From Stegostoma tigrinum (taxonomy: Eukaryota): a DNA stretch of 64,000 nucleotides. Both the position numbers and the translations under genes were made by a program. Positions 1 through 12,355 of the stretch are shown here, piece by piece. The DNA is taken from assembly GCF_030684315.1 (NCBI RefSeq), contig NC_081366.1:7440001-7504000 (forward strand), in the 5' to 3' direction. The stretch's first letter is position 1. Every line of letters begins with the position of its first letter. The notes beneath the pieces are model-generated. The model was not told the DNA's origin and searched no databases. It worked only from the letters and a program-made list of their open reading frames with translations.

Positions 1-2259
1 GCACTGACCAGGACCACCATAGCTTAAAGACTCGTTCCCCGCACGCATCGAGTTGGAGGTATCATTAGAGTTTCGCTGTCTGTAACAAGAAACTGGAGTG
101 CGGTATTCCTCAGCAATATTACTCTTTTGCTTAAACTTCAGTACAACCAAGAAAACAATGACTGTAAGAAACACAAACGAAGTTGATCCCAAAATGATAA
201 TTAAATAGCGATTTAAGTTCGAAAAATAATCAGAATCTTTAACTTCAGAAACTCGTTCGGAAGATTTCTCTGTAACATTGGATGCGACTGTAAAAGAGAT
301 TGTGGCAGTACTGGATAGACACGGTTGCCCGTTGTCTTTTACCAAAACGATCAACTTTTCATTGGTGATATTTTGATCCCTAAAATGTTGAGTTGCTCTG
401 AGTTGTCCGGACAGGGGATCCAGAGTAAACATACTCGGATGGGTCGCCTCCAACACTTGGTAGGAAAGCCGTGCATTTTGTCCAGAATCGGCATCAGTGG
501 CGATTATCTTGGAAACTAGATATCCTGGATGAACTGACTGCGGTCTAATCTCCAATAATGCAGAACTGTTCCACATTAGGGGTGAGACAATAACCGGCGC
601 ATTGTCATTTTGGTCCAAGATAATAACATGCACCGCGGCAGTGCTGCTCAGTGCGGGTGATCCACCGTCCCGGGCTTGAACTTGGAACCGGAATTGTTTC
701 AGTTCTTCATAGTCAAAGGAGCGAAGCGAGTAAATATTACCATTTTTGGAATTAAGAGTGACATATCCAGGATTCTTTGGCATATGATTTTCCACAATAG
801 AATACGTCACTTCACCATTCTTGTTTATATCAGAATCTAAAGCGGTAACTGCAAATATAGAAGCACCAGGAGTGTTGTTCTCCATCAGATACACATTATA
901 TGACGGCTGTGTGAACTTCGGTGCCTGGTCGTTTATGTCCGAAACAGAGACCAAAATGCTCCTGTGCGTGGATAACGGGGGTGTGCCTCCGTCCCATGCT
1001 GAAATTGTAATGTTATACAGCGGGGTCGTTTCGCGATCAAGAACACCACTTGTGACTAATTTATAGTTGTTTTTCAAAGCCGTCTGAAGTTTAAATGGAA
1101 TATTCTTTGGAACTTCACAGTAAATGTGACCATTTTGTCCTGAATCTAGGTCAGCTATATTGATTACAGCAATCACGGTTCCAATCTGCACATCTTCGGT
1201 TACTGTTCTAGATACAGACGTTACCTCTAACTCCGGTGCGTTATCATTCACATCTATTAGCTCGACTAGAACCTTGGCACGTCCTACCATATAGGAAGGA
1301 GCTTTATCCACTGCTTGTACATCAAGTTCATAAACACGAGATTCTTCAAAATCCAGTACTCCTTGAACTACAATTTCTCCCGTCACGGAATCTAATTTGA
1401 ACAGTTTGCGATTTTTTTGGGAAACGTGTCTTGTGAAATGATATGTCAATTCGGCGTTGGTTCCTTCATCTATATCAACAGCGTTAATCTTTACCACTAG
1501 TGTACCCTGAGGCATGTTTTCAGCAATACTGCTCCTATATATCTCGTGATCAAAAACAGGTGCGTTATCGTTGCTGTCCAGTACTGTAATAACAATTCGA
1601 GCTGTACCAGATCTGTGAGGACTCCCCCCATCGATGGCCGTCAGGACGAGGTCATAGCGAGACTGTAGTTCACGATCCAATGGCTTCTCTAACAACAATT
1701 CAGCGCTTTTACTCCCATCACTTCTTGACTCGACTTCGAGGCTGAAGTGATCGTTTGGGCTAATATAGTAATTGTTGATTGTGTTTCTGCCCATGTCCGC
1801 ATCATGCGCACTCTCGACCGGAAAGCGTGACCCTGGAGTAATTAATTCGCTGATCTCCAATGAAAATTCGTTCTTTTCAAAACTGGGTGAATTATCATTT
1901 ATATCTATTACTTGAAGGACAGCGCGATGCATTTCCGACGGATTGTCGAGCGCTATTTCTAAAAAAAGTGAGCAAGCAAATGTTTGTCGACAAACCTGTT
2001 CCCTGTCAATTCTCTCGGCGATAATTAAAATCCCTTTCTCCAGATTTACCTCCACATATTTCTTTGCATTATCGGACACCACCCGAAGGTTACGACCTTT
2101 TAATTCCCAAACGTGCAATTTTAAATCATCCGCAATATTCCCGACAAAGGCTCCATGCTCCAGTTCCTCCGGAATCGAGTAGAAAATTTGTCCGAAAGCC
2201 AGGTCCAGCACACAAAGAAGGAAAATAAATGACGTTCCGCCCTTGTGCACATTCGCCAT
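1..2259 (-). CDS. Clustered protocadherin variable exon, gene A (3' end beyond window edge)
   Basis: ATG at 2259 in ACAATGG context. Hand translation gives MANVHKGGTSFIFLLCVLDLAFGQIFYSIPEELEHGAFVGNIA...DREQVC...DINDNSP...LDRE...DSNDNAP...ILDQNDNAP...DADSGQNARL, then TM RYLIIILGSTSFVFLTVIVFLVVL near 130-210. Absent from the ORF track, consistent with no stop before base 1. Paralogous to gene B. Confidence 0.93.
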   Translation of the reverse strand, partial: MANVHKGGTSFIFLLCVLDLAFGQIFYSIPEELEHGAFVGNIADDLKLHVWELKGRNLRVVSDNAKKYVEVNLEKGILIIAERIDREQVCRQTFACSLFLEIALDNPSEMHRAVLQVIDINDNSPSFEKNEFSLEISELITPGSRFPVESAHDADMGRNTINNYYISPNDHFSLEVESRSDGSKSAELLLEKPLDRELQSRYDLVLTAIDGGSPHRSGTARIVITVLDSNDNAPVFDHEIYRSSIAENMPQGTLVVKINAVDIDEGTNAELTYHFTRHVSQKNRKLFKLDSVTGEIVVQGVLDFEESRVYELDVQAVDKAPSYMVGRAKVLVELIDVNDNAPELEVTSVSRTVTEDVQIGTVIAVINIADLDSGQNGHIYCEVPKNIPFKLQTALKNNYKLVTSGVLDRETTPLYNITISAWDGGTPPLSTHRSILVSVSDINDQAPKFTQPSYNVYLMENNTPGASIFAVTALDSDINKNGEVTYSIVENHMPKNPGYVTLNSKNGNIYSLRSFDYEELKQFRFQVQARDGGSPALSSTAAVHVIILDQNDNAPVIVSPLMWNSSALLEIRPQSVHPGYLVSKIIATDADSGQNARLSYQVLEATHPSMFTLDPLSGQLRATQHFRDQNITNEKLIVLVKDNGQPCLSSTATISFTVASNVTEKSSERVSEVKDSDYFSNLNRYLIIILGSTSFVFLTVIVFLVVLKFKQKSNIAEEYRTPVSCYRQRNSNDTSNSMRAGNESLSYGGPGQC

Positions 2260-2463
2260 TGTTCTGAGCTGGATTTTGTTGTTAAAATAACGAGGTCCCT
2301 CCCAATCCTTTAAATAAACTGTATTACTACGATATAATTAGATAGATGATATTAAAGCGAGAAATAAAAGCACAAAACCTCAGCCGTATGTCTGAATATG
2401 GCGGTAGACCAAACACAGCATCTCTCTCTCCTTCTCTCCGTTCCTGTTCTGTGCTGCATTTAT

Positions 2464-2563
2464 GGGGGAGGGGGTAGATCTCCTGCAACGTTTCAGCTCC
2501 TAATTGGTACACAGCGACGCAGGCAGCCTGGTGCAACAGTGGGATCAAATTATTCTTAAAGCT
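2464..2563 (-). promoter_or_regulatory. Pcdh promoter module of gene A (CSE/CGCT box + CCAAT)
   Basis: Plus-strand GATC 2477, ATTGG 2503, AGCG 2513, CTTAAAGC 2555; same module found upstream of all five genes. Confidence 0.85.
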
Positions 2564-3323
2564 TGACTGTCAAAATAATATTCCCCTGATGGAAAACAAC
2601 GAGAATTAACACTATGCAACTAAAATCTTTTGGTCGGCATAGGTAAGTGTAATTTTGTTTCTAGAAAAGATTTGTAAAAACGACATTTCAGTTTTGGACT
2701 GCTACATCAAGTAATTGGACAATTTGTCAGTTCACTATGACTGAGGATTTCGTGAGTTCATTGGCAGTATCCAACAGATAATAAACAGAAAAGCGTCAAA
2801 CTAGAAACTTGTTTATTGCTATTCTGTAGAAGCAATCAGAACAATTCCACTTTCTCCCTCCAAAATGTCAAAACATCTTGTTTGAATTTTTGGCATTCCA
2901 CATTGGATGCATTGAGCACAGTTATTTGGCCAAGTGGTGAAAATGCAAATGCTTTATATATGTATGTGTATGTAAATGTAAATCTGTATTTAACTTAGCA
3001 GTGTACATTTTTTTAAAACACCTTTTTTTTCTAGAATATGAAAAGAGCTCAACGACAGAGCCATGGATTCATGATCAATAATGGCAGAGAAGAAGGCAAT
3101 TTATCCCAGAGATTCTAGGCTATCCCACCTGCAGCTCAATGCCCATTAGATTACAAATTTATTTCTCTCTGGTGCCCTCCAATTTGCTTAGCAAAAAAAT
3201 TAATTGTTTCTGCTTGCATTGTGTAGGGAGTGCTAGGTGACTTCCATTTATCCATGTATAAAAGATGCAATTTTAATATTCTACCCGCATATTTGGGCCA
3301 ACAATAGACCCATGCCCCGAAGT

Positions 3324-3620
3324 CGGCATGGCGGCTCAGTGGTTAGCACAACTACCTCACAGCACTGGCAACTTGTGTTTGCTTCCAGCCTTGGGCTGTA
3401 TGTGGAGCTTGCACACACTCCCCTGTCTGCTTGGGTTCCCTTCGGGTGTTCTGGTTTCCTCCCCCACTTTCAAAGATGTGTAGGTTAGGTGCATTGGCCG
3501 TGCTAAATTGTCCATAGTGTTCAGGGATGTGTAGATGAGCTGGATTATAGGGGTGGAATGCTGTGAGGGACAGTGTGGGCATGTTGGGCCAAAGGGCCTG
3601 TTTCCACACTGTAGGAATAT
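3324..3620 (+). mobile_element. HE1/V-SINE-type tRNA-derived SINE
   Basis: A-box head GGCGGCTCAGTGGTTAGCAC, central GGTTTCCTCCC...CAAAGATGTG core, CR1-like tail GGCCTGTTTCCACACTGTAGG; copies at 21165, 37670, 45107. Confidence 0.85.
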
Positions 3621-3639
3621 TATAATGATAGGCCCTTTT

Positions 3640-4850
3640 CATTAACAGTGATAGGGAGAGATGTCCTGGCCTATCCTACTCAAACTCCGGCATGATTGGT
3701 TGTAATTTTCTCAAAATCTCCCTTGTTCTCAGGACAGGAGCACCAAATAGTCCAGTCCAGCTCTGATTAAAATTCCACAGTCTTCTGCAATCTCTCAAAT
3801 TCTCACTCTGCCTTCCTAAAATGTGATTGGCAGAACCTGGCATATTTCTGCTGTTCGAGCTTTATCAATGCCATCCATATGCTCTCTTTACTTCATGGAT
3901 TCCAAGAAGCGATGAGATTCATTAAACATTGTCTCAATGCATCTTGTCACCTTCAAACATGAATTGCACAATATTTCTATACATTGCATTGGATTTGACA
4001 TAAGCCTGCTCATTTGATAGCCTATTTATATCATGTTGCAAATGATGCATATTATCCTTAACGTTGGTCATGCCTCCATGTTTGACATAAATGACAAGTT
4101 GAATTTCTGATCTGCATTTAAAAACGTAAGAGATAAGAAATAAAGCACAGTTCCTGCACTTGTTTGTTGGCAAAATTGCTTATCTCCTTCCAGATGGAAA
4201 ACTACCAATTACTGTGGGTTTTTTCCACATTTTTTCATACAGCTTCTCATCCAACTGGACTGCAGTCCTTCAGTTCTATTACCTCAAGTTTGGTCATGAT
4301 TCTTGCTGTCAAATGCTTCTTTAACATACGTGTAGAGAACGTCCAATTGAGCAGCAGAGAACAGCGTTTTCTATGGTTTGACTGATGCATTAAATAAAGT
4401 AAGTTAGCATGAGAAACCTTTTACAATCATGTGCAGATTCCTTAATTACATCAGACTCTGCAAAGTTTCTGTTTTGTTCCCCTGAATATTGTTCACAATA
4501 CCATTCCCACTATGTAAGTTAAACTATCTATCTGTTATTGCTAGAATTGCCCTTACATCCCTTCTCGACAAGGCCACATTTGACACACTGCAAACGCTCT
4601 TGTATTTTCCCCATGGACAAGGAGGGGATGGGAGATTATGAAAATCTCTCTAATTACCTCCAACTTCACTTCCTTCAGAAACTTGGATTTCAAGCCATAT
4701 GAATTTGATGAGTTACCTATCCTAAGAACAGCCAGCTTTTCAAGTACTTCCTGTCTTTAATTTTCACTCTATCCATTGTCTCTGCGTGGACACACTTCTG
4801 CAGTCATTTTGTCAGATTTCTCTTGGCACAGTTCGAAGTCTAATTTCAAA
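3640..4850 (-). mobile_element. Old degenerate CR1-like LINE fragments
   Basis: Patchy reverse-strand similarity to the RT and 3' portions of the CR1 copy at 58675-61968. Confidence 0.5.
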
Positions 4851-5071
4851 GATCGCATCTGACTTTCCTCATTGAGCATAAAACATACTGATCAAACGTT
4901 CTCCAGAACTCATTTCTGAAATGTGATTCCTTCATTCCTTTCACTCTAACATTATCCCAAGTAATTCTAATATAATTAAAGTCTCCTTTGCCCTACCCTA
5001 CGTCAAGTAGCACTGCTGCATAGGGAAAGATTGTGTACATAGATGGTTTGTGTAAGAATTTAGAGTTATTC

Positions 5072-5424
5072 TTATTATTCATTCATTGGATGAGGACATC
5101 ACTGGCTACGCAGCATTTATTGCCCATCTCTAATTGCCCAGAAGGCAGTTAAAAGCCAACCTCATTGCTGTGGGTCTGGAGTCACATGTAGGCCAGAGCA
5201 AGTAAGGATAGCAATTTCTTTTCCTGAAGGACATTAGTGAACCAGATGGGTTCCTCCAACAATTGACAATAGATTCATGGTCGTCATTAGACTCTTAATT
5301 GCAGATATTTATTTACTTCAAATTCGACTATCTGCCGTGGCAGGATCCAAACATGCACACCCAGAACATTATCTGGGTCTCTGGATTAATAGTCCAGCAA
5401 TAACACCATTAGGCGATTACCTCC
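5072..5424 (-). mobile_element. DeuSINE/SacSINE-like SINE
   Basis: CATTGCTGTGGGTCTGGAGTCACATGTAGGCCAG core and ATTTATTGCCCAT tail; related pieces at ~24590-24780, ~35500-35600, ~47500-47760. Confidence 0.7.
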
Positions 5425-5427
5425 CCA

Positions 5428-5455
5428 TTAGATAGATAGATACATAGATACATAC
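5428..5455 (+). repeat. (GATA/CATA)n microsatellite
   Basis: TAGATAGATAGATACATAGATACATACA. Confidence 0.7.
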
Positions 5456-6699
5456 AGGTATACATCGAGACTTTTGTTTTTGACCAACCATTTGATGTAA
5501 TTTTTTTTCACAGACCAGGAACATAGAAATTTGAAGTGTTTGAGGTTTTTCCTCAGCACTGAAAAGCATATAAAATGATTGATTTAGTTATTAAAACTGC
5601 ATTGAAAACAATCAAAATTATCAGGATTTTACATCTATTCTTGAGCAATTGTACGGAACCATCGGTAGCTTGATCAGTTTGCTCAACCATGTAAACTTCC
5701 AATGAAATTAGCAAAGACGTTCCAGAAACTACTCATGCAAATCCATACACAACTTTCAACATTTACAGCCTTCTCCATCTATCCTTATTAAACTTTTTTT
5801 CTCAAGTCACCTAGCATTGCATCCTTATTGGTTAAACTGTCTTTCGTCCTAAATACATCAAGATTATATTAAAGAGATTACATTCTACATGCTCCGGTAT
5901 CTATAATATGTTTATCTTCACTCAGTCTATTACTTTCTTCAAATCTCTCATTACTCTAACAGTTCTCACCTCCTCCCCCTTAAATCCAAGCACTGTAAAC
6001 ATGGGCATCAAGAACAGCTAAAATCATAAAATCTGGCCAGAAAATGTGAAGAAAATATAGACAATGATTTCCAACAACAAAATTGCTCAGTTTTTGAAGG
6101 TCTTCCGGAATTCAACTTATATTATCTACGTTTTTTACAGTAACTATCCTTCTTAGGCCATTCTCCCTCTCCTGTTCGCCAATCTATCATTCTCCTCTCT
6201 CAAGATACTCCTAAACATCTTCCACTTTTTATAAAGCATTTGGTCATCTTTACTAAGTTCTCAGCCTATGGCTGGTACAGAAAATGACCATCAATATCTT
6301 TTTTATTGATAAAATCTTTTTTTAAAGTTGTTGGAATAATAACTGAAAAGTATTACATTTTGCATTGATTTAGTGGTGGTGGTGGTGTTGTAAAATCGTA
6401 TCATTTTTAGCCAAAATCTGAGGGTCGTGCATGACCAATCCTGGGTATGCCTGCCCTCTGATTGGACTGACCAATTTTTTTAAAAACTGGAAGAAAATGA
6501 CTCTGGGATTCTTAAACTTTGGCTCTTCTTTCAGCGTCATGGTATAAGGTCAGCAGTGGGCAGTAAAAAAAAACTTACTGTGTTTCAAATTTCCACCTAT
6601 TCCCTTCCCTGTTCTGGGGATTCAAAAACCCTGCATGTTTGACATCATTTACCACAAGTGGGAGGGTATTGCGTATAGCTCTTGTAGTATGCATAAATA

Positions 6700-7550
6700 T
6701 TTTACGTTTGAGCATAGAGTGGTTGATCAGAAAGTTTGTAGATGATATGAAATTCATGGGATGGTAATTAGCGAGGAGAATAGCTGTGGATTTCAGAATG
6801 ATGAAAATGGCCTGATCAGATGGGCTCATCAGTGACAAATGGAAATCAATCCTGGCAATTGTGAAGTGATGCATTTGAAGGGCCACAGGGCAATGGAATA
6901 CATTATGAACGAAAGGACCTTGTGAAGTATGGATGATCAGACGAACTTGGTTTGCATACCCACCAGTCCCGTAAAGAAGAGAAAGAGGTACAGAAAGTGC
7001 TTAAGAAGGCATATGGGACATACTTTGTTAGCCAAGGCAAAGAGATTATGACAGGTGTTTCGGAAGATTATGCAGTAATTATGTAAAACGTTGATTAGAT
7101 CACTGCTGCAGTACAGTGTGCAGTTCTGGAATTCACATTTCAGGAGGGATGTGAATGCACTGGAAAGGGTGTAAAGAAGATTTATCAGGATTTTTTTCTA
7201 GGCTGGAGAGTTTTGGTCATGGTGAGATGTTGGATAGATTCGAATTGTTCTCCTTGGAGCAGAGAAAACTGAGGGGAAACATGACTGACATGTATAAAAT
7301 TATGAGGGACATAGATAAGGCAGACAGGACTTTTTACTTAGAGGTTGGTGGGATTATGGAACACACTGTCTGTCAGAGTGCTGGAGACAGAAGCCCTCAT
7401 AACATTTAATAAGCATTTAGATGCAGACGTACAAGTATAAGGTTACAGGCCGAGTGCTGGAAATTGAGATTAGAATAATAAAATGCTTGTCTCCAACTGA
7501 TACTCTATCAATGAACTGAAAGACCGTTTTACCGTGCTGTCAAGCTCTTA
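6700..7550 (+). mobile_element. CR1-like LINE 3' fragment
   Basis: Decayed RT C-terminus; ORF 7155 contains ELFSLEQRKLRGNMTDMYKIMRDIDK, typical of the CR1 ORF2 end. Confidence 0.75.
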
Positions 7551-9649
7551 TTTCCCAAAAAGAAGAAAGTAAATGTCATTGAGGGCACATGATGGATTCT
7601 GGTTGGGAACTTCAATATTAATTGCTAAGAATCATTGATAGAATCACTATTGATAGGACGGCCAAATATTGAAGGGCATAATACCAGACTGGGTCTATGA
7701 TAGGAGGCAAGAAGCCTAAAACTGAAGAAAATCTTACTATTAATGAAGGGTCAGCTCATGACTGTGGTAGTAGGAGTGACCATTGCTCAATCCAAATGCA
7801 CACAAAAACCTCCAGTACACTAAAGACGCGTTGAAGCATGTTCTGTAGTACTTCAAAAGTTTTGGATTGGGTTTATCCAGCACAGAAACTGGATGTACAT
7901 AATGTGCTGTGGAACATCAGTTGCAGCAAAATTGTATTGCACCACAACATGTAAGCTCATGGCCTATCTAACTGTTACTGTACCATTACCATCATGTAAC
8001 AAGACCCGGGCATTGATTAAAATAAGGAGAGAAAATTATTTAAGAAAAACTATTACATGCAATGACACGCAATGCATTAACTTGGTGAAGTAACAGAAAA
8101 TGATGGCATGAACAATAAGCTGTATGAGCATTACGCATTACACAAATGTGCACTACAGCACAATCAACAGTTCACTAAAAGCTTTAGAGTACTGACCCAT
8201 CTAGTCCCACTTCATAAGAAGTTATATGAGTCAGCTCTCTGATTATTTCCACCACCAATACTGCCCAGGGCAGAAAAAGCAAGTTGAAATGTTTGTAATA
8301 ATCTTCAACCCAGAAGTTATGACCCATTCTGGCTTTCCCCTGAGGTCCTGACAATTATCCGGTCAGTTTTCAGTAATTTAGACTCATTCCACCTGATAAC
8401 AAGAAACAATTGCAAATAGAGGGTAGAGAAAATAGATACACCATTGGGAAAACTCTCCACTAGTTGGAGGAAGGGGAAAGTTTATGATTTTAAGGCCAAT
8501 AATATCATCTCCAGTACATCACTGTATGAGTTTCGGTCATCTTCGTATACTTCATGAATAAGCTTCTTTCCATCATTAGAATAAAATTTGGGACATTTAC
8601 AACAAGTTGCACAGTGTTCAGTTCCATTCATTACTTCTCACACAATGCAAAATCCGTGTCCACGTGCACCAAGAACGGTGCAATATTCAACCCTGAGTTC
8701 TTAAGTAACAAATAACATCCACACAACACAATTGCTCATCAATGACCATCTCCAATAAGAAAGGATCTCTACTCTTCCTCTTGATATTCAACAACATTAT
8801 GAAGTCTGAATTCCCTCCCTTCATAACTTGGGTGAATACCAAGGGCCAAATCAATAAACAAGCCATTCACATTAATTCAGTCATTAGGGCTTCCTAGTTG
8901 ACGTTATACTGTATTTTTTTTTATTCTGTCCAAACTCTTATTTTAGCAATATTGGTTGTTGGGAGATTTGCATGTGCATACTGATGTATACATTGGAACG
9001 CAATGTCTGGATTATACAACTATAAGGCTGTCATTGTTACTGAAGGGTATTAAATCAGTTTTCCCTTATGAGTCGTGTTTAGCCAATTTGTCCAAAAATA
9101 GATTACTTAAGACAGCAGAAGCAAATATAGATAACATTAAGCAGACTTGTCGCTGTATTATTTGTGGAAATATGCACCATTTTAAGGAGATTGTTTACTT
9201 CAGAACAATCAGTGTTGTTGCAACTTGTAAGGGTAAATACTTCAATTCACCTTGAATTCTTTAAAACGTTTTACATCCATGAAACGTCGTAATTATTGAA
9301 GAATGCGTCCAAGGCATGAAATTATGCTCTATGGCAGTAACAATTTGAATATACATGCAATAGCTTATCCAACAGTGCAACCCAGATGGAAATGACTGAA
9401 GCATAAATTTAAACCGATGTCAGAATTCATGCCAATGTTTATACCAAATGTACTGCCAACGATTGTCAAAAAAAATGTGGAATATTCAGTATCATAAACA
9501 TGCGGGGCATGGGATAACGTGAAATGGATTCAGCTTGTCAAACCTCTATGCCGAAGGAAAAATTAATTACATGTGCAAAACCTATCTCATTTTCCAAAAC
9601 TTAATGTATATTCGACATCAGTTTGATTACCGAAAGCTTGCTGTCTAAA

Positions 9650-12037
9650 TTAATTCATCACATTGGCGCCCCGGACATTCGCTTCTTTGAATGGCATGGT
9701 CGGATGATAGGGCTTCAGAAACAGAAAGTCACTTTTCGATGATTCTGGAGATAAACAGATGGTGTAATGGTAACCTTCATTTTGAACAGGCCCAGCATAA
9801 TTTAATCGCTCGTTTGGAGAAGGTCTATGATAAGAACTACCATTCCAGCTGCTACTCCTGTGACAAAGTTCGCTGGAGTTACATGTTTCAGCAATACTGC
9901 CGTCTTGTCTAAACTTCAAGATGACGAGAACAATTATGGCAACAAGAAACAGAAACGATGTCGATCCTAAAATAATAATTAAGTAACGATTAGGTACCGA
10001 AAAATATTCTGATAATCTCGGTTTGTCACTGGGTTCCGATGATTTGTCAGTAACATTGGCTCCGATTATAAAGGAGATCGTGGCGGTGCTGGAGAGACTT
10101 GGCTGTCCATTGTCCTTCACAAGGATAATTAGCCTTTCTGCAACGATTTCGTGTTCTCTGATATTTTGTGTTGCTCTAATTTCACCAGATAGATGACCCA
10201 CAGTAAATATTCTGGAATCAGTGCCCTCCAACACTTGGTAGGATAGTCGTGCATTTTGTCCGGAATCGGCATCAGTGGCGATTATTTTGCTTACGAGGGA
10301 CCCTGGATGTACCACCTGCGACTTAATCTCCAATAATGCTGAACTGTTCCACATTAGGGGTGAGGTAATAACTGGTGCGTTGTCATTTTGATCCAAGATT
10401 ATAACATTCACGGTGGCAGTGCTACTCCGTGAGGGCGATCCCGCGTCCTGGGCTTCAACTTGGATCTGGAAATGTTTCAATCGCTCATAGTCAAAGGAGC
10501 GAAGTGAGTAAATATTACCATTTTTGGAGTTAATTGTGACATATCCAGGACCCTTTTGCATACGATTCTCCGAAATAGAATACGCCACGTCACCATTCTT
10601 GTCTGAATCAGAATCAAAAGCGGTAACTGCAAATATAGAAGCACCAGGAGCGTTGTTCTCCATCAGATAAGCGTTATATGACGATTGTGTGAACCTCGGT
10701 GCATTGTCATTGATGTCAGAAAGCTCAATCAGAATAGTTCTATGGGCTGAAAGCGTGGGCGTACCCTCGTCCCAGGCTGAGAGAGAGATGTTGTAGAATG
10801 ACACTGTTTCTCGATCCAGAATATTGCGTGTTAACAATTCAAATTTATTCCTTGAAGACTTTTGCAGTTTAAATGGGCCATCCCTAAGAACTTGACAATG
10901 AACTTGTCCGTTTTGCTCCGAATCTAAATCTGTAACGGTGACGACAGCTATCACCGTCCCGGGTGCAGTATCCTCAGAGACCGTGCTGGATACCGACGTT
11001 ACGTCTATCACGGGAAAATTGTCATTAAGGTCAAGTAGATGAACCATAACTTTGGCATGCCCTGCCAATCCAGGTACAGCGCTATCCACAGCTTGTACAT
11101 CCAGTTCATAAACAGTTGTTTCTTCAAAATCTAGTACCCCTTCAACTCGAATCTCTCCATTGTTCGGTTCTAATGTGAACAACTCGCGAATCCTTTCGGA
11201 AACGTGATGTGTAAAAGAATATGTTACCTCAGCGTTCGTACCCTCATCCAAATCGACCGCGCTGATTGTTGCCACCAAGGTACCTTTAGCGCTGTTTTCT
11301 GCTAGAGTCGACTTGTATATTTCACGATCGAATAAAGGTGCATTGTCATTGATATCCACGACCATAATAGTCAGTCGAGCCGTGCCAGATCTGGGAGGAA
11401 TTCCACCGTCGAAAGCTGTCAGTGTAAGATGAAAGGTAGATTGCTGTTCACGGTCTAATGACTTGTCTAATATCAACTCAGCACTCCTACTCCCATCACT
11501 TCTGATCTGCACTTTAATATAGAAATGGTCATTTGGACTGATCTGATAAGTGCTGATCGCGTTTGTCCCTACGTCCGGGTCGTGCGCGCTCTCGAGAGGA
11601 AAGCGCGCCCCTGGTGCAATTAGCTCACTGATTTGCAAAGAAAATTCGGCTTTGGAAAATTGCGGTGAATTATCATTAACGTCTAGTATCTCCACTACAA
11701 CTCGATGCATTTCTAACGGATTATCTAGCGCTATTTCAAAAGAAAGAGAACAGGTAGAGCTCTGCCTACAAATCTGTTCTCTGTCGATTCTTTCATTAAC
11801 AAATAAAATCCCATCTTCCAGATTTACCTCAATATATTTTTTTCTCTCACTGGTCACAAGCCGACATTTATGAACTGACAATTCCCAAGCTTCGCGTTTT
11901 AAATCCTCCGTGATCTTCCCAACAAAGGCCCCGCGCTCCAGTTCCTCGGGGATCATGTAGCGAATCTGTCCCCTAACCAGGTCCAACACGCAAAGCAGGC
12001 AAATAAAGGACATTCCGCCCTTCCGCGTATTCGCCAT
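9650..12037 (-). CDS. Clustered protocadherin, gene B (795 aa; signal peptide, 6 EC repeats, TM, short tail)
   Basis: Intact ORF with PEE, DRE, DxNDNxP and AxDxD cadherin motifs, TM YLIIILGSTSFLFLVAIIVLVIL and tail motif YHYTICLSPESSKSDFLFLKP. Confidence 0.96.
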   Translation of the reverse strand: MANTRKGGMSFICLLCVLDLVRGQIRYMIPEELERGAFVGKITEDLKREAWELSVHKCRLVTSERKKYIEVNLEDGILFVNERIDREQICRQSSTCSLSFEIALDNPLEMHRVVVEILDVNDNSPQFSKAEFSLQISELIAPGARFPLESAHDPDVGTNAISTYQISPNDHFYIKVQIRSDGSRSAELILDKSLDREQQSTFHLTLTAFDGGIPPRSGTARLTIMVVDINDNAPLFDREIYKSTLAENSAKGTLVATISAVDLDEGTNAEVTYSFTHHVSERIRELFTLEPNNGEIRVEGVLDFEETTVYELDVQAVDSAVPGLAGHAKVMVHLLDLNDNFPVIDVTSVSSTVSEDTAPGTVIAVVTVTDLDSEQNGQVHCQVLRDGPFKLQKSSRNKFELLTRNILDRETVSFYNISLSAWDEGTPTLSAHRTILIELSDINDNAPRFTQSSYNAYLMENNAPGASIFAVTAFDSDSDKNGDVAYSISENRMQKGPGYVTINSKNGNIYSLRSFDYERLKHFQIQVEAQDAGSPSRSSTATVNVIILDQNDNAPVITSPLMWNSSALLEIKSQVVHPGSLVSKIIATDADSGQNARLSYQVLEGTDSRIFTVGHLSGEIRATQNIREHEIVAERLIILVKDNGQPSLSSTATISFIIGANVTDKSSEPSDKPRLSEYFSVPNRYLIIILGSTSFLFLVAIIVLVILKFRQDGSIAETCNSSELCHRSSSWNGSSYHRPSPNERLNYAGPVQNEGYHYTICLSPESSKSDFLFLKPYHPTMPFKEANVRGANVMN

Positions 12038-12259
12038 TGTTCTGTGTTGGATTTTGCGATTTAAAAATCGAAATCTCTGCCCAGCGAAGAGATAACCAGG
12101 AACGTGGTTCTACAGTGAAGACAGTCGCTGATACTAAACCGAAAAATGCGAATAATTGGCCAGATTTGTATCGCTGAAAATAAGCGCAAATACGATCACA
12201 GCATCTGTTTTTCACTCGTTCTCCTTCTCTTCTTCGACTGTGTTTGCGTTTCTCTGAAT

Positions 12260-12355
12260 GGGAGGGCCCGATCTCTTGCAGTGCCCGGACACCTAATTGG
12301 TAGACAGCGACGCAAACAGTTTTAACCAATAACTGCAATGAGGTTCCTTAAAGCT
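12260..12355 (-). promoter_or_regulatory. Pcdh promoter module of gene B
   Basis: GATC 12270, ATTGG 12296, AGCG 12306, CTTAAAGC 12347. Confidence 0.85.

Noticed and set aside
3324-3400. tRNA-like A/B-box sequences (also 21165, 37983, 45397)
   Set aside because: Heads of tRNA-derived SINEs continuing into SINE core and tail; not tRNA genes.
2327-12338. ORFs 2327..2548 and 11973..12338 share the peptide CVAVYQLG
   Set aside because: This is the translation of the conserved promoter DNA (GTCGCTGTSTACCAATTAGG); the rest is unalignable, so not a protein family.
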